This document shows, piece by piece, positions 19,939 through 28,739 of a stretch of DNA of 64,000 bases. The DNA comes from a virus. Its lineage: Duplodnaviria > Heunggongvirae > Uroviricota > Caudoviricetes. Both the position numbers and the translations under genes were made by a program. The notes beneath the pieces are model-generated. The model was not told the DNA's origin, searched no databases, and saw only the letters and a list, made by a program, of their open reading frames with translations. Every line of letters begins with the position of its first letter. Position 1 is the first letter of the stretch. Where the stretch lies: IMG/VR virus record IMGVR_UViG_2851955134_000009; one strand, 5' to 3'.

Positions 19939-20154
19939 ATGACGCTTGAGCGAATCAGCGCCTTTATCACGTATTGCATCGCCGTTGTGCTGGCCTGGCT
20001 GGGGGATTTGTCCATCAAGGATGCTTCAACGCTGGGCGGCCTGATGATCGGTGTGCTGATGCTGGCTATCAACTGGTACTACAAACACAAAGCCTACCAG
20101 CTTCTGCGCGACGGGCAGATCTCGCGGGAGGACTATGAATCCATCAATCGTTAA
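19939..20154 (+). CDS. Holin
   Basis: 71 aa with two hydrophobic helices and charged C-terminus, immediately upstream of the lysozyme. Confidence 0.65.
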   Translation: MTLERISAFITYCIAVVLAWLGDLSIKDASTLGGLMIGVLMLAINWYYKHKAYQLLRDGQISREDYESINR

Positions 20155-20650
20155 ACGCTGCCTTGTCGGGGCTGTGCTGGCTATTGCTGCCACGCTGCCG
20201 GGTTTTCAGCAGCTTCACACCTCCGTGGAGGGACTGAAACTGATCGCCGATTACGAAGGCTGTCGTCTGCAGCCGTATCAGTGCAGCGCGGGTGTCTGGA
20301 CCGACGGCATTGGTAATACATCGGGCGTCATTCCCGGCAAAACAATCACGGAACGACAGGCAGCAGAAGGGCTGATCTCCAACGTGCTGCGTGTGGAGCG
20401 GGCGCTGGAAAGGTGTGTGAAGCAACAGCCACCGCAGAAGGTGTATGACGCTACGGTGTCGTTTGCCTTCAACGTGGGGACGGGCAATGCCTGTAGTTCC
20501 ACGCTGGTGAAATTGCTCAATCAGCGGCGCTGGGCGGATGCGTGCCGACAGTTGCCGCGCTGGGTGTATGTAAAAGGTGTGTTTAATCAGGGGCTAGATA
20601 ACCGCCGAGCGCGGGAGATGGCCTGGTGCCTTAAAGGAGCTGGACTATGA
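20135..20650 (+). CDS. Lysozyme/endolysin with N-terminal signal-anchor (SAR-type)
   Basis: 171 aa; hydrophobic N-terminus (LVGAVLAIAATLPG) followed by a lysozyme-like E...D...T region (YEGCRLQPYQCSAGVWTDGIGNT). Confidence 0.75.
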   Translation: MNPSIVKRCLVGAVLAIAATLPGFQQLHTSVEGLKLIADYEGCRLQPYQCSAGVWTDGIGNTSGVIPGKTITERQAAEGLISNVLRVERALERCVKQQPPQKVYDATVSFAFNVGTGNACSSTLVKLLNQRRWADACRQLPRWVYVKGVFNQGLDNRRAREMAWCLKGAGL

Positions 20651-21075
20651 TACGTGCGCTGGCGGTAGTGGCGGCGCTGGCACTCGTTGCGCTGGGCTGG
20701 CAGTCGTGGCGGCTTAACAGCGCCAGCCATACCATCGAAACGCAGCGCGCGGCGCTGAAAAGTAAAGCGCACGAACTAACGAAGAAAAATAGCCAGCTGA
20801 TCAGTCTGTCCATTCTGGCTGAAACCAACAACCGGGAGCAGGCGCGGCTCTACGCCGAAGCAGAACAGACCAGCGCACAGCTGAGACAACGACAACGCCG
20901 GATCGAGGAACTGAAACGTGAGAACGAGGATTTACGCCACTGGGCTGATACTCCTTTGCCTGCTGACATTATCCGGCTGCGGGAACGTCCGGCACTCACC
21001 GGAGGTGCAGCTTACCGTCAGTGGTTGTCCGCGAGTGACGCCGTGTCGGCTGGAGCAGGCAGCACCGCGCACTAA
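20647..21075 (+). CDS. lysB: i-spanin (Rz-like, LysB)
   Basis: 142 aa, N-terminal TM then charged coiled coil; contains embedded lysC in +1 frame. Confidence 0.75.
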   Translation: MIRALAVVAALALVALGWQSWRLNSASHTIETQRAALKSKAHELTKKNSQLISLSILAETNNREQARLYAEAEQTSAQLRQRQRRIEELKRENEDLRHWADTPLPADIIRLRERPALTGGAAYRQWLSASDAVSAGAGSTAH

Positions 21076-21154
21076 CGGTGATCTGAATGCGTTGCTGGAT
21101 GAAACGGAGGCCGCCTGGGCGGTCTGTGCAGACAAAGTGGACATGATTATTTGA
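20918..21154 (+). CDS. lysC: o-spanin lipoprotein (Rz1-like, LysC), 3' end replaced by Mu-like insertion
   Basis: Lipobox LTLSGC; 78 aa; stop codon TGA is the first 3 nt of the inserted element; reconstructed empty site gives a 96-codon ORF. Confidence 0.7.
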   Translation: MRTRIYATGLILLCLLTLSGCGNVRHSPEVQLTVSGCPRVTPCRLEQAAPRTNGDLNALLDETEAAWAVCADKVDMII

Positions 21155-21200
21155 TGCGCCGCGCGATAAATGCGCTCTATCTTGTGCGATAAATGGCATC
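21152..21200. repeat. Right-end terminal repeat region (transposase binding sites)
   Basis: TGATGCGCCGCGCGATAAATGCG...GTGCGATAAATGG, two GATAAAT motifs 22 bp apart; resembles the Mu R-end as recalled. Confidence 0.7.
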
Positions 21201-21229
21201 CACGCGGCGTTTCATTATTTGAAAAAGAA

Positions 21230-21802
21230 TTACATTTCAGGTTCCGTTATGACAGTCCCAACAGGGTGATAGCGGTAGATCGTTGACAGTCCAATATCAT
21301 AGATAATTGCCAGCCGCTTTCTGTCATACCCTTTCTGGAGCAATCTTGCGATCTGCTCATGCTGCTCCTTCGTCAGTTTCGGGCGACGTCCTCCAACTCT
21401 CCCTTGTGCTCGCGCAGCAGCCAGTCCTGCCAGCGTGCGCTCAACTATCAGTTCACGCTCCATTTCTGCCAGTGCACCCATCATATGAAAAAAGAACCTT
21501 CCCATCGGAGTGCTGGTATCGATTGAATCCGTCAGACTGCGAAAATTGACACCTTTTGCGCGTAGCTCTTCTGTGAGAGCAATGAGGTGTTTCATTCTTC
21601 TACCCAACCGATCCAGCTTCCAGACCACCAATGTATCCCCTCTTTTAAGGCACTTTAAAGCGCGTTTCAGGCCTGGTCGTTCCGACTTGGTTCCGCTCAT
21701 TTTGTCCTCAAAAATCTGTTCACATCCTGCGCACATTAATGCATTGCGTTGCAAATCTGTGTTTTGGTCATTTGTTGACACACGTATGTAGCCAATCAGC
21801 AT
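21230..21802 (-). CDS. gin: Serine DNA invertase (Gin/Hin/Cin family)
   Basis: 190 aa from ATG at 21802 (MLIGYIRVSTNDQ...); resolvase catalytic N-terminus and C-terminal HTH; adjacent to invertible tail-fibre segment. Confidence 0.9.
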   Translation of the reverse strand: MLIGYIRVSTNDQNTDLQRNALMCAGCEQIFEDKMSGTKSERPGLKRALKCLKRGDTLVVWKLDRLGRRMKHLIALTEELRAKGVNFRSLTDSIDTSTPMGRFFFHMMGALAEMERELIVERTLAGLAAARAQGRVGGRRPKLTKEQHEQIARLLQKGYDRKRLAIIYDIGLSTIYRYHPVGTVITEPEM

Positions 21803-21915
21803 TAAAAATACTCCCTTTTGAGTGGTTAAAGTACTGAGATAATGTGAGGAGGATTTGAGAGATAAACGTTGGTTTGGGGGAAGGCTCTGCATTGCCTGTT
21901 GGTGTACCGGTTCCA

Positions 21916-21948
21916 TGGCCCACCGCCACACCGCCAGCAGGCTGGTTA
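21916..21948. repeat. Inverted repeat, left crossover site of invertible segment
   Basis: 33-bp TGGCCCACCGCCACACCGCCAGCAGGCTGGTTA, perfect inverted copy at 23394..23426. Confidence 0.8.
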
Positions 21949-22335
21949 CAGTGCAACGGAGCTACGTTCACCAAAGAACAATATCCTGTTCTGGCCAGAG
22001 TCTACCCGACCCTCCGTCTTCCCGATTTGCGCGGTGAGTTTATCCGTGGATGGGACGGTGGTCGCAAGGTTGATACCGGGCGTGCGCTACTTTCATTTCA
22101 GGAAGGGACTATCGTATCCGGTTTTGATGATAATGATACCGGAGATATCAGTTCGCTCGGCTCTACACAATACGGATTTGGTGACGCTTTAACCTCTAAT
22201 CAACTGGGGGTCATAAATGGCAAAAAGTGGATATTTGATGCATCCTCTAAAGGTGCACAAAGATATGACTGGTGGGCTTATGTATCAGCTCGCCCCCGCA
22301 ATATCGCATTTAACTATATCGTGAGGGCGGCGTGA
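21949..22335 (+). other. Silent alternative tail-fibre C-terminal cassette (Sv'-like)
   Basis: Shares the GEGSALPVGVPVPWPTATPPAGWL junction and the C-terminal NYIVRA with the expressed fibre; no own ATG (track start is TTG inside the repeat). Confidence 0.7.
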
Positions 22336-22341
22336 TACCGT

Positions 22342-22956
22342 TCAGCCGGCAAGCGCCAGTGGCGCTTCCGGCCAGCTGATTTCAGGTGCCTTGCTGATAT
22401 CCAGTGCGTTCAGCTCGTCGATATAATCCAGCACGGCGTTCAGTTTTGCCGTTTCTTCTGGTTTCAGACTGCGACCTGCCCGCAGTTTGAGGTTGATGAG
22501 GTCGATGGACTTCATCGCCTGATCCACCCGTTCCTGGCGTTGCAGTCTGGCAACCTCCAGCTCTGCGGCTCGCTGCCGTTCAGTATCGGTTACCCACGCC
22601 TCACCGTTCCAGGTATCCCATGGCGTGGCCGGCTGTTTTGTGGTGGTGTCCGCCGGGTAATCACCCGGCTGGGTAATCTGAACGGGAGTACCGTTCTCCG
22701 TGCTGTATACCGTCTCGCCGCGGTGATCAGGCACATGTTCCCACCCGTTCAGCGTGGCAGTCCGGCAAACCACGTAACCCGAAATTGCCTCCGGCGGTGC
22801 ATCGGCGCACGAATGTGCCGGAGTACCCACCCCAAGGGCGAGATACTCCACAGAGGATGAGGTGTATTCCCGGGTTTCCTCGTCATAGTGATATACAGTG
22901 ATATCGCCCGCTACAGTGGCGATACCGTTTTCATCCAGAACTGCAGTGTTACTCAT
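22342..22956 (-). CDS. Tail fibre assembly protein (Mu U-like chaperone)
   Basis: 204 aa, immediately downstream of the fibre gene, inside the invertible segment. Confidence 0.8.
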   Translation of the reverse strand: MSNTAVLDENGIATVAGDITVYHYDEETREYTSSSVEYLALGVGTPAHSCADAPPEAISGYVVCRTATLNGWEHVPDHRGETVYSTENGTPVQITQPGDYPADTTTKQPATPWDTWNGEAWVTDTERQRAAELEVARLQRQERVDQAMKSIDLINLKLRAGRSLKPEETAKLNAVLDYIDELNALDISKAPEISWPEAPLALAG

Positions 22957-24725
22957 TAAACTGCCCTCACAATGTAATTAAGTGCAATGCTACGGGGTCT
23001 GACAGTGATACCCTTCGCATACCCGCTTCTGATAGAGGTCAGAATAGTAGCCTGCATACCATTGTCTGACATTGCCACGACAGGATCGCTGAATGTTGTC
23101 CCGTCCGGCATTTTAAAGCTGCCCTCACGAAGGTCTGTAATGGAATCTTCATTGTTGAATCCCATGCCGACTATCCCCGAGGTTCCCGTAGTGTCCTGGT
23201 TATAATAATCCAGCATTGCTGTTCTTAACAGCGTTGCCCCTTGTGCGGACAGCAACTTACGTCCTGTATCAACTTTGCGCCCGTCGTCCCATCCACGGAT
23301 AAACTCACCGCGCAAATCGGGAAGACGGAGGGTCGGGTAGGCTCTGGCCAGAACAGGATATTGTTCTTTTGTAAAGGCGCGCCCGTCGCACTTTAACCAG
23401 CCTGCTGGCGGTGTGGCGGTGGGCCACGGAACAGGCACACCAACGGGTAGCGCCGAGCCTTCTCCTAAACCAAGGTAATTGAGGACATCTTTTATACTGC
23501 CCTTAGCGATAATAGCGCGACCAATAGCTGTAAGGGTTGCCAGCGCTGCGCGGTCTGCTCCGGTAAAATAAGGCAACCGATCTGCTGCAGTGGCAAGTCC
23601 TGCCAGAGCAGTGAGCGTGGCATCTGCCGGTTGTTTTCCGTTTGCCAGATCGTATGCAGCCTTGACCGCTTTCGGTGTGGCGGCCAGTATTTCAGACGTG
23701 CTGTTGATGGCACTGCTCAGTTGTACGGTGCCTTTTGCCGTCAGCGAGGCCGCAGGCACTCCCGTTATCTGACTCCACGGGTGAGTGTGGCTGGCAGGCG
23801 CCTTGCCGGCTGCCAGGTCGTATGCAGCCTTGACCGCTTTCGGTGTGGCGGCCAGCGTTTCAGACGTGCTGTTGATGGCACTGCTCAGTTGTACGATCCC
23901 TTTACGGGTCGTTGTTGCATCCTGGGCTGTGTATTTTCCCCGGGCCAGATCATACGCGATTTTCACAGCCTTCGGCGTGGCAGCCTCAGTTTCTGATTGA
24001 CTGTCCGTGGCGCTGCTCAGTTGTACGGTGCCTTTTGCCGTCAGTGAAGCCGCAGGCACTCCCGTTATCTGACTCCACGGGTGAGTGTGGCTGGCAGGCG
24101 CCTTGCCGGCTGCCAGGTCGTATGCAGCCTTGACCGCTTTCGGTGTGGCGGCCAGCGTTTCAGACGTGCTGTTGATGGCACTGCTCAGTTGTACGATCCC
24201 TTTACGGGTCGTTGTTGCATCCTGGGCTGTGTATTTTCCCCGGGCCAGATCATACGCGATTTTCACAGCCTTCGGCGTGGCAGCCTCAGTTTCTGATTGA
24301 CTGTCCGTGGCGCTGCTCAGTTGTACGGTGCCTTTTGCCGTCAGTGAAGCCGCAGGCACTCCCGTTATCTGACTCCACGGGTGAGTGTGGCTGGCAGGCG
24401 CCTTGCCGGCTGCCAGGTCGTATGCAGCCTTGACCGCTTTTGGTGTGGCGGCCAGCGTTTCAGAGGTGCTGTTGGTGGCACTGCTCAGTTGGGTGAACCC
24501 CTTAGCTGTCAGTGTCGCGTCCGGGTGGTTACGGGAACGTACGTGTTCAGCCAGTGACTGTGCGGCTTCCTCCGTTTTCTTCTTCAGCCATTTCGTCCTG
24601 TTTGCCAGTTGCCGGGGGGCTCGATTTGATATCCCGTCTGCACCACCCAGAACCGGATCTGATGTCTCCAGTTGATAGATATTTTCTTCCCACTTTTCTG
24701 TTTCATTCAGGTTTCCCATAATCAA
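22956..24725 (-). CDS. Tail fibre protein (Mu S-like) with repetitive shaft
   Basis: 589 aa; about 100-aa repeats (GTVQLSSA..S.SET.AATPKAVK.AYDLA); C-terminal 145 aa lies inside the invertible segment. Confidence 0.85.
   Translation of the reverse strand: MIMGNLNETEKWEENIYQLETSDPVLGGADGISNRAPRQLANRTKWLKKKTEEAAQSLAEHVRSRNHPDATLTAKGFTQLSSATNSTSETLAATPKAVKAAYDLAAGKAPASHTHPWSQITGVPAASLTAKGTVQLSSATDSQSETEAATPKAVKIAYDLARGKYTAQDATTTRKGIVQLSSAINSTSETLAATPKAVKAAYDLAAGKAPASHTHPWSQITGVPAASLTAKGTVQLSSATDSQSETEAATPKAVKIAYDLARGKYTAQDATTTRKGIVQLSSAINSTSETLAATPKAVKAAYDLAAGKAPASHTHPWSQITGVPAASLTAKGTVQLSSAINSTSEILAATPKAVKAAYDLANGKQPADATLTALAGLATAADRLPYFTGADRAALATLTAIGRAIIAKGSIKDVLNYLGLGEGSALPVGVPVPWPTATPPAGWLKCDGRAFTKEQYPVLARAYPTLRLPDLRGEFIRGWDDGRKVDTGRKLLSAQGATLLRTAMLDYYNQDTTGTSGIVGMGFNNEDSITDLREGSFKMPDGTTFSDPVVAMSDNGMQATILTSIRSGYAKGITVRPRSIALNYIVRAV
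23394..23426. repeat. Inverted repeat, right crossover site of invertible segment
   Basis: Reverse complement of 21916..21948, located inside the fibre gene at the constant/variable junction. Confidence 0.8.
23640..24480. repeat. 300-bp tandem repeats within the tail-fibre gene
   Basis: 23761..24060 and 24061..24360 are identical, with diverged partial copies on both sides. Confidence 0.85.
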
Positions 24726-25312
24726 CTGCTCCCGTGGTTATAACTGCCATCATGGATGGCGGTATTGTTATAGCGAATGGCCACAGACTGATACTCCAGG
24801 CTGGCCAGATGGCAGCGGGCCGGTGCAAATGCAGCCAGCGTCTGACGCAGCATCGCGGCCTGATCGTTAGTAATGGGCTGTTTCAGAATAACGCGATAAA
24901 CTGCCCAGGCGGCTGCATCTCCATGAACAAACAGTCCGTTATAGCTGCGATTGCCGTCGTAACTGAGACGACCTGTGCCTTCAATCAGATCCACTTCACC
25001 AAAGCCAAAACGGCGGATAACTTCCCGGATTGACCACGGCGTCCCTTTATACCGGTGCAGTTCGATGGCTGCTTTTATAAGCATGCGGCGAACATCGTCC
25101 GATTCCGCCAGCTCCCAGCCATCGCCAGACAGTGAGAACTGCTCGCCCAGCCATGGCAGCGCGGAACTGTCGACGATATCGACGAGAAAGACCATCAGTA
25201 CGCTCAGGTCGATGTTATCCAGCCGTCCTGCCAGTCTTCCCAGCGTCCTGAGACTGATATCACCCTCAAGCGGTGGCGGGAGTTGTAATGGCTCAGTCAT
25301 CAGACACTCCAC
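24722..25312 (-). CDS. Baseplate/tail protein (P2 gpI-like, Mu gp48 position)
   Basis: 196 aa, between J-like baseplate gene and tail fibre. Confidence 0.7.
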   Translation of the reverse strand: MECLMTEPLQLPPPLEGDISLRTLGRLAGRLDNIDLSVLMVFLVDIVDSSALPWLGEQFSLSGDGWELAESDDVRRMLIKAAIELHRYKGTPWSIREVIRRFGFGEVDLIEGTGRLSYDGNRSYNGLFVHGDAAAWAVYRVILKQPITNDQAAMLRQTLAAFAPARCHLASLEYQSVAIRYNNTAIHDGSYNHGSS

Positions 25313-26396
25313 TCATGTTAAGAGTGATTGCCGTACAGTTTGCCCATTCGTTTTCTGCCACCACCCGCAGTGCCGGTGTCACCAGTTCAACCTGGTACAC
25401 CCCGGAAACGGACAATGCACTGATAATCTGGCTGGGGACAATATCACGCCCCAGCGTGGCGGCACGTGATGCCACCCAGTTCTGTATGGCGCTGTTAGCG
25501 GCATCTTTTACAGACCTGGCATCCTGATCACGATAGATCGTAATCCTGGCTTCAATGGTGTAATCCACCTTCACTGGTGTTTTAGCCCGCACTGTATCAG
25601 TGAGTGGCCTGACTTTCTCATCAGAGCAGAAACTCTCTACCAGCGTGAGAACACCGCCGTCCGGCAGACCGGTACTGAGCAGCGGATACAGATCTACGGT
25701 CCCGGGAACCGGGGAAAGCACAGCAACATCGACAATGTTGGGATGGGCCTGCATGGCATGAAAGCGGTATGCGCCACGGCTTCCGGCATTGGTGAATGAC
25801 TCCGGGGCCAGCCTGATACGCTCCCGGAGCCTGTCATCGTCTTCCTGTTCTGAACCGCCGGAACTGGCCGTCAGATTGCTCACCAGCAGGTCGACGTTAT
25901 CAATCTCATCGAGTAACTGACTGACCTGCGCAGGTTGCCAGCCGTTACCAGCGGTACCGGGTTCGGTACAGGTGGACGTGACATTGACCAGCAGCAATCC
26001 GGCCTTCAGTACCACATCTGTATCGGTGGCAAAAATAACGCTGTCGGAAGCGCTGACGCGGGTGCCTGCCGGGATCAGCACATCAATGGCCAGTGCCTCA
26101 TCTACGGAGAACTGGAGCGTGGTGGTGGCAGGCTGCGCGGCAAGACGGTATACACCGACCAGTTCACCGAGGTAATCAATCATCGGCTCACGGGCAAAGG
26201 CGACCAGATTCTGCTTTGCTGCCTCCTGTACCGCAACCCTGACCAGCATTTCGCGATAGGCCCACAGATCAATCAGCAGACGTTCTGCCTGTGCCGGGTA
26301 CAGCGTTTTGCCGGTATCCGCTTCATACTTCGCAATCATTTCTGCCGTGATTTTGTCGGCATCGCGTTCAATAAAATCGGGTTCTGTCAGCGCCAT
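25293..26396 (-). CDS. Baseplate protein J-like
   Basis: 367 aa in W-J-I order. Confidence 0.75.
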   Translation of the reverse strand: MALTEPDFIERDADKITAEMIAKYEADTGKTLYPAQAERLLIDLWAYREMLVRVAVQEAAKQNLVAFAREPMIDYLGELVGVYRLAAQPATTTLQFSVDEALAIDVLIPAGTRVSASDSVIFATDTDVVLKAGLLLVNVTSTCTEPGTAGNGWQPAQVSQLLDEIDNVDLLVSNLTASSGGSEQEDDDRLRERIRLAPESFTNAGSRGAYRFHAMQAHPNIVDVAVLSPVPGTVDLYPLLSTGLPDGGVLTLVESFCSDEKVRPLTDTVRAKTPVKVDYTIEARITIYRDQDARSVKDAANSAIQNWVASRAATLGRDIVPSQIISALSVSGVYQVELVTPALRVVAENEWANCTAITLNMSGVSDD

Positions 26397-26734
26397 AGCA
26401 GCTCCTGAGTCCGGGTCTGTCCGTCTGAGCCTTTCCAGCTCACCCGGAGCGTAAGATGTTCGCCGTCGACGGCGGGTTTAACTGACATAAGCTGGCAGCG
26501 GGGCTCCCAGCGCCGGATGGCATCGACGGATTCGCGCACCACATGCGGAATGGCCCGGTCTACAGGCCAGTCGATATAAAGATGCAGATTGCTGCCGAAC
26601 TCCGGGCGATGCGGGTCGCTGCCGCGGGGAGTCCGCAGGATAATTTGAATCGCCTGCCGGATATCATCCAGCCCCCGGACAATTTCGCCGGGAGCCTGCA
26701 GGGCTGGTTGCCAGAATACTGAGGTCGTTTTCAT
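26387..26734 (-). CDS. Baseplate wedge protein (GPW/gp25-like)
   Basis: 115 aa, conserved position between V-like and J-like. Confidence 0.7.
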   Translation of the reverse strand: MKTTSVFWQPALQAPGEIVRGLDDIRQAIQIILRTPRGSDPHRPEFGSNLHLYIDWPVDRAIPHVVRESVDAIRRWEPRCQLMSVKPAVDGEHLTLRVSWKGSDGQTRTQELLWR

Positions 26735-26788
26735 GGGGGCAGTATTGCCCCCGTGCGGGAACGCTGATATTAAAGGCGTTTAAGAAGC

Positions 26789-27385
26789 TCAGTGGGAGTG
26801 GTGGCTGGAGTTTTCGCCATCAGACAGCATACTGCCCGTGGCATGGGCATTCCCTTTAATCTCGATATTGCCATGGATGGTCGCGGTAACACCTTTACCA
26901 CCAGAACCCGCCATGCCTCCTTCGTAAATCAGCTTTCCCCTGACACGCAGATCTCCGGTAAGTTCGGTTTCCGGTGCGTCAATCGTGGCTTTCTGTGTTT
27001 TCAATACCACATCAGCACCACACTCAATGACAATATGCTCAATGCCGCCCCGGATGGTCAGAGTGTGCGTCTTCCGGTTGTAGCTGTACTCTGCACCATC
27101 AGCAAACCGGGTTCCCCGGATATTTTTGTCACTGAACGGTGGTTTATCGACGTCTGAATACACCGCGCCCAGAATAACACCATCCTCGCCGTTGGCATCG
27201 AGCAGCACCTCAACCTGCTCCCCCACGTCAGGGAGCCAGTAATCTTTGTTATCCTGGGTATTGCGCTGCAGCACGTTAAGCCAGTTTGTGCGCAGGTTAT
27301 CGCATTCAGGCAGACGAACGCGGGCCTGAACCCTGTCGGCATCAACGGCACTGACCGTACCGACCTGACGAGTGACACCAGTCAT
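26789..27385 (-). CDS. Baseplate spike/hub protein (gpV-like)
   Basis: 198 aa with Gly-rich C-terminus. Confidence 0.7.
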   Translation of the reverse strand: MTGVTRQVGTVSAVDADRVQARVRLPECDNLRTNWLNVLQRNTQDNKDYWLPDVGEQVEVLLDANGEDGVILGAVYSDVDKPPFSDKNIRGTRFADGAEYSYNRKTHTLTIRGGIEHIVIECGADVVLKTQKATIDAPETELTGDLRVRGKLIYEGGMAGSGGKGVTATIHGNIEIKGNAHATGSMLSDGENSSHHSH

Positions 27386-28536
27386 TTTTTCTTCTCCTTA
27401 ATCACCGTCGATGTACTGCCATCCGGGTGATAAACCGTGAGTTTCTGAGTTTTTTGTTTTTTCCCTCTTGTGACTGGCCCCCGTGCCACTTCCAGCTCTG
27501 TGGTGTAGCCGCTGTTACGGTCAAACGCATGGCGGGCAGTGGTTATGAGCCATGGCCCGGATAACTGCCCAAAACCCACCAGTTCAATTTTGTTGCCTGC
27601 TGTCAGTTGAGGTGTTCCCGTCAGCGTCAGGGAGCCGTTCTGCTGGTATTCGTTATGTCTGGCCAGTGCTGAATCCGCTTTAATCCGGGCACTGTCCGGG
27701 TCGCTGACGCGGCTGTTAACTTTAAGTGAGTCAGCGCTGGTAACCTTACCACCTTTGAGCTTTTTGTCGCTTTCACGGGTACCACCATCAGCTTCGTAGA
27801 CGATCAGTTTTTTACTGCTGCTTTTCTGGTGTTTTACCTTTGCAGATTTATAGACCCGGTTGATGGTGTCACGCAGGGAAAAGCGGGCCACATCCTGCGG
27901 TTTTAACTGCCTGACCGGCTCCTGACTGCGCAGTGTGGCCAGATGAGAAAAAATCAGCTGGTCACTGACCACTTTCACTGCATAACCATACTCGCTGGCC
28001 AGCCGGCGCAGAAAACCCACGTCGGTTTCAGCATACTGGGTCACCCGGTCGATTCTGATGGACTCAATGCTGCCCACCAGTTTCAGTCGGTGCTTTCTGG
28101 CAATCCGCCCCGCAACAGCTGCCAGCGTGGTGTTCTCAAAACCACGACTGGTTTTAGTCCGCAGAGCACTGTTAACCGAGGTGGCCACCCCACGGATAGA
28201 AACAACGGAAGCGGGCGAACTCACTTCGATCTCGTCTATAGAGAACGTACCGCAGGACAGCAGCTTCTCGCCCTGATAGCCCATTTTCAGCGTCAGCGTG
28301 TCACCCTTGCCCGGATACCACTTATCCAGCCAGCGGCCATCGGTGTCGTCCAGCTCCACCTCAATGGTATCGGACTCATTTTTGATGTTATCGCTCCAGG
28401 TCACACGGGTGACATAAGGCGCGATATCAGAGGTGATGTTTTTCTGCAGATACCACAGAGTGAACACCGGTGTCAGCACATCGCTGACGCTGGTTAACGC
28501 TGATGTGACTTGCGCAGTGCTGTTTATCTCAGCCAT
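27382..28536 (-). CDS. Tail protein (P2 gpD-like, Mu P position)
   Basis: 384 aa, downstream of tape measure in Mu order. Confidence 0.7.
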   Translation of the reverse strand: MAEINSTAQVTSALTSVSDVLTPVFTLWYLQKNITSDIAPYVTRVTWSDNIKNESDTIEVELDDTDGRWLDKWYPGKGDTLTLKMGYQGEKLLSCGTFSIDEIEVSSPASVVSIRGVATSVNSALRTKTSRGFENTTLAAVAGRIARKHRLKLVGSIESIRIDRVTQYAETDVGFLRRLASEYGYAVKVVSDQLIFSHLATLRSQEPVRQLKPQDVARFSLRDTINRVYKSAKVKHQKSSSKKLIVYEADGGTRESDKKLKGGKVTSADSLKVNSRVSDPDSARIKADSALARHNEYQQNGSLTLTGTPQLTAGNKIELVGFGQLSGPWLITTARHAFDRNSGYTTELEVARGPVTRGKKQKTQKLTVYHPDGSTSTVIKEKKK

Positions 28537-28739
28537 GGGGCAATATCCTCTTCTGTACGGGCTTCTTCAGCCTCAATCACCGGGATCAGTAACAACAGCC
28601 CGGAGGGCAGCACCGGCGTGATGGCCACGTGCGGATTGGCGGCAATAATCCGGGGATAGCCCAGCGGGTCACCGTAGTACTGCCATGCCAGCGAATCCCA
28701 GCGCTCTCCGTCACGGGTAACATGTTCAAGAAACATCAC
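28524..28739 (-). CDS. Tail protein X-like
   Basis: 71 aa; WDSLAWQYYGDP...PSGLLLLIP pattern resembles gpX family. Confidence 0.6.
   Translation of the reverse strand: MMFLEHVTRDGERWDSLAWQYYGDPLGYPRIIAANPHVAITPVLPSGLLLLIPVIEAEEARTEEDIAPWLR

Larger units (their letters stand above)
1..21151. mobile_element. P2/186-family prophage, left segment (int through truncated lysC)
   Basis: Collinear int-cI-apl-cII-A ... Q-P-O-N-M-L-X-holin-lysozyme-lysB/lysC order; resumes at 58747 after the inserted element. Confidence 0.85.

Noticed and set aside
21874-21948. Start codon and N-terminus of the 153-aa plus-strand ORF next to the invertase
   Set aside because: The track start is a TTG inside the inverted repeat; the region is the silent alternative fibre cassette, expressed only after inversion fuses it to the constant part.
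23640-24480. Possible CRISPR array suggested by regular direct repeats
   Set aside because: Repeat unit is 300 bp, in-frame within a tail-fibre ORF, with no short unique spacers or cas genes; these are coding shaft repeats.
23590-24721. Plus-strand ORFs with repeated identical translations inside the tail-fibre gene
   Set aside because: They are antisense readings of the 300-bp tandem repeats; their identity reflects the DNA repeat, not genes.
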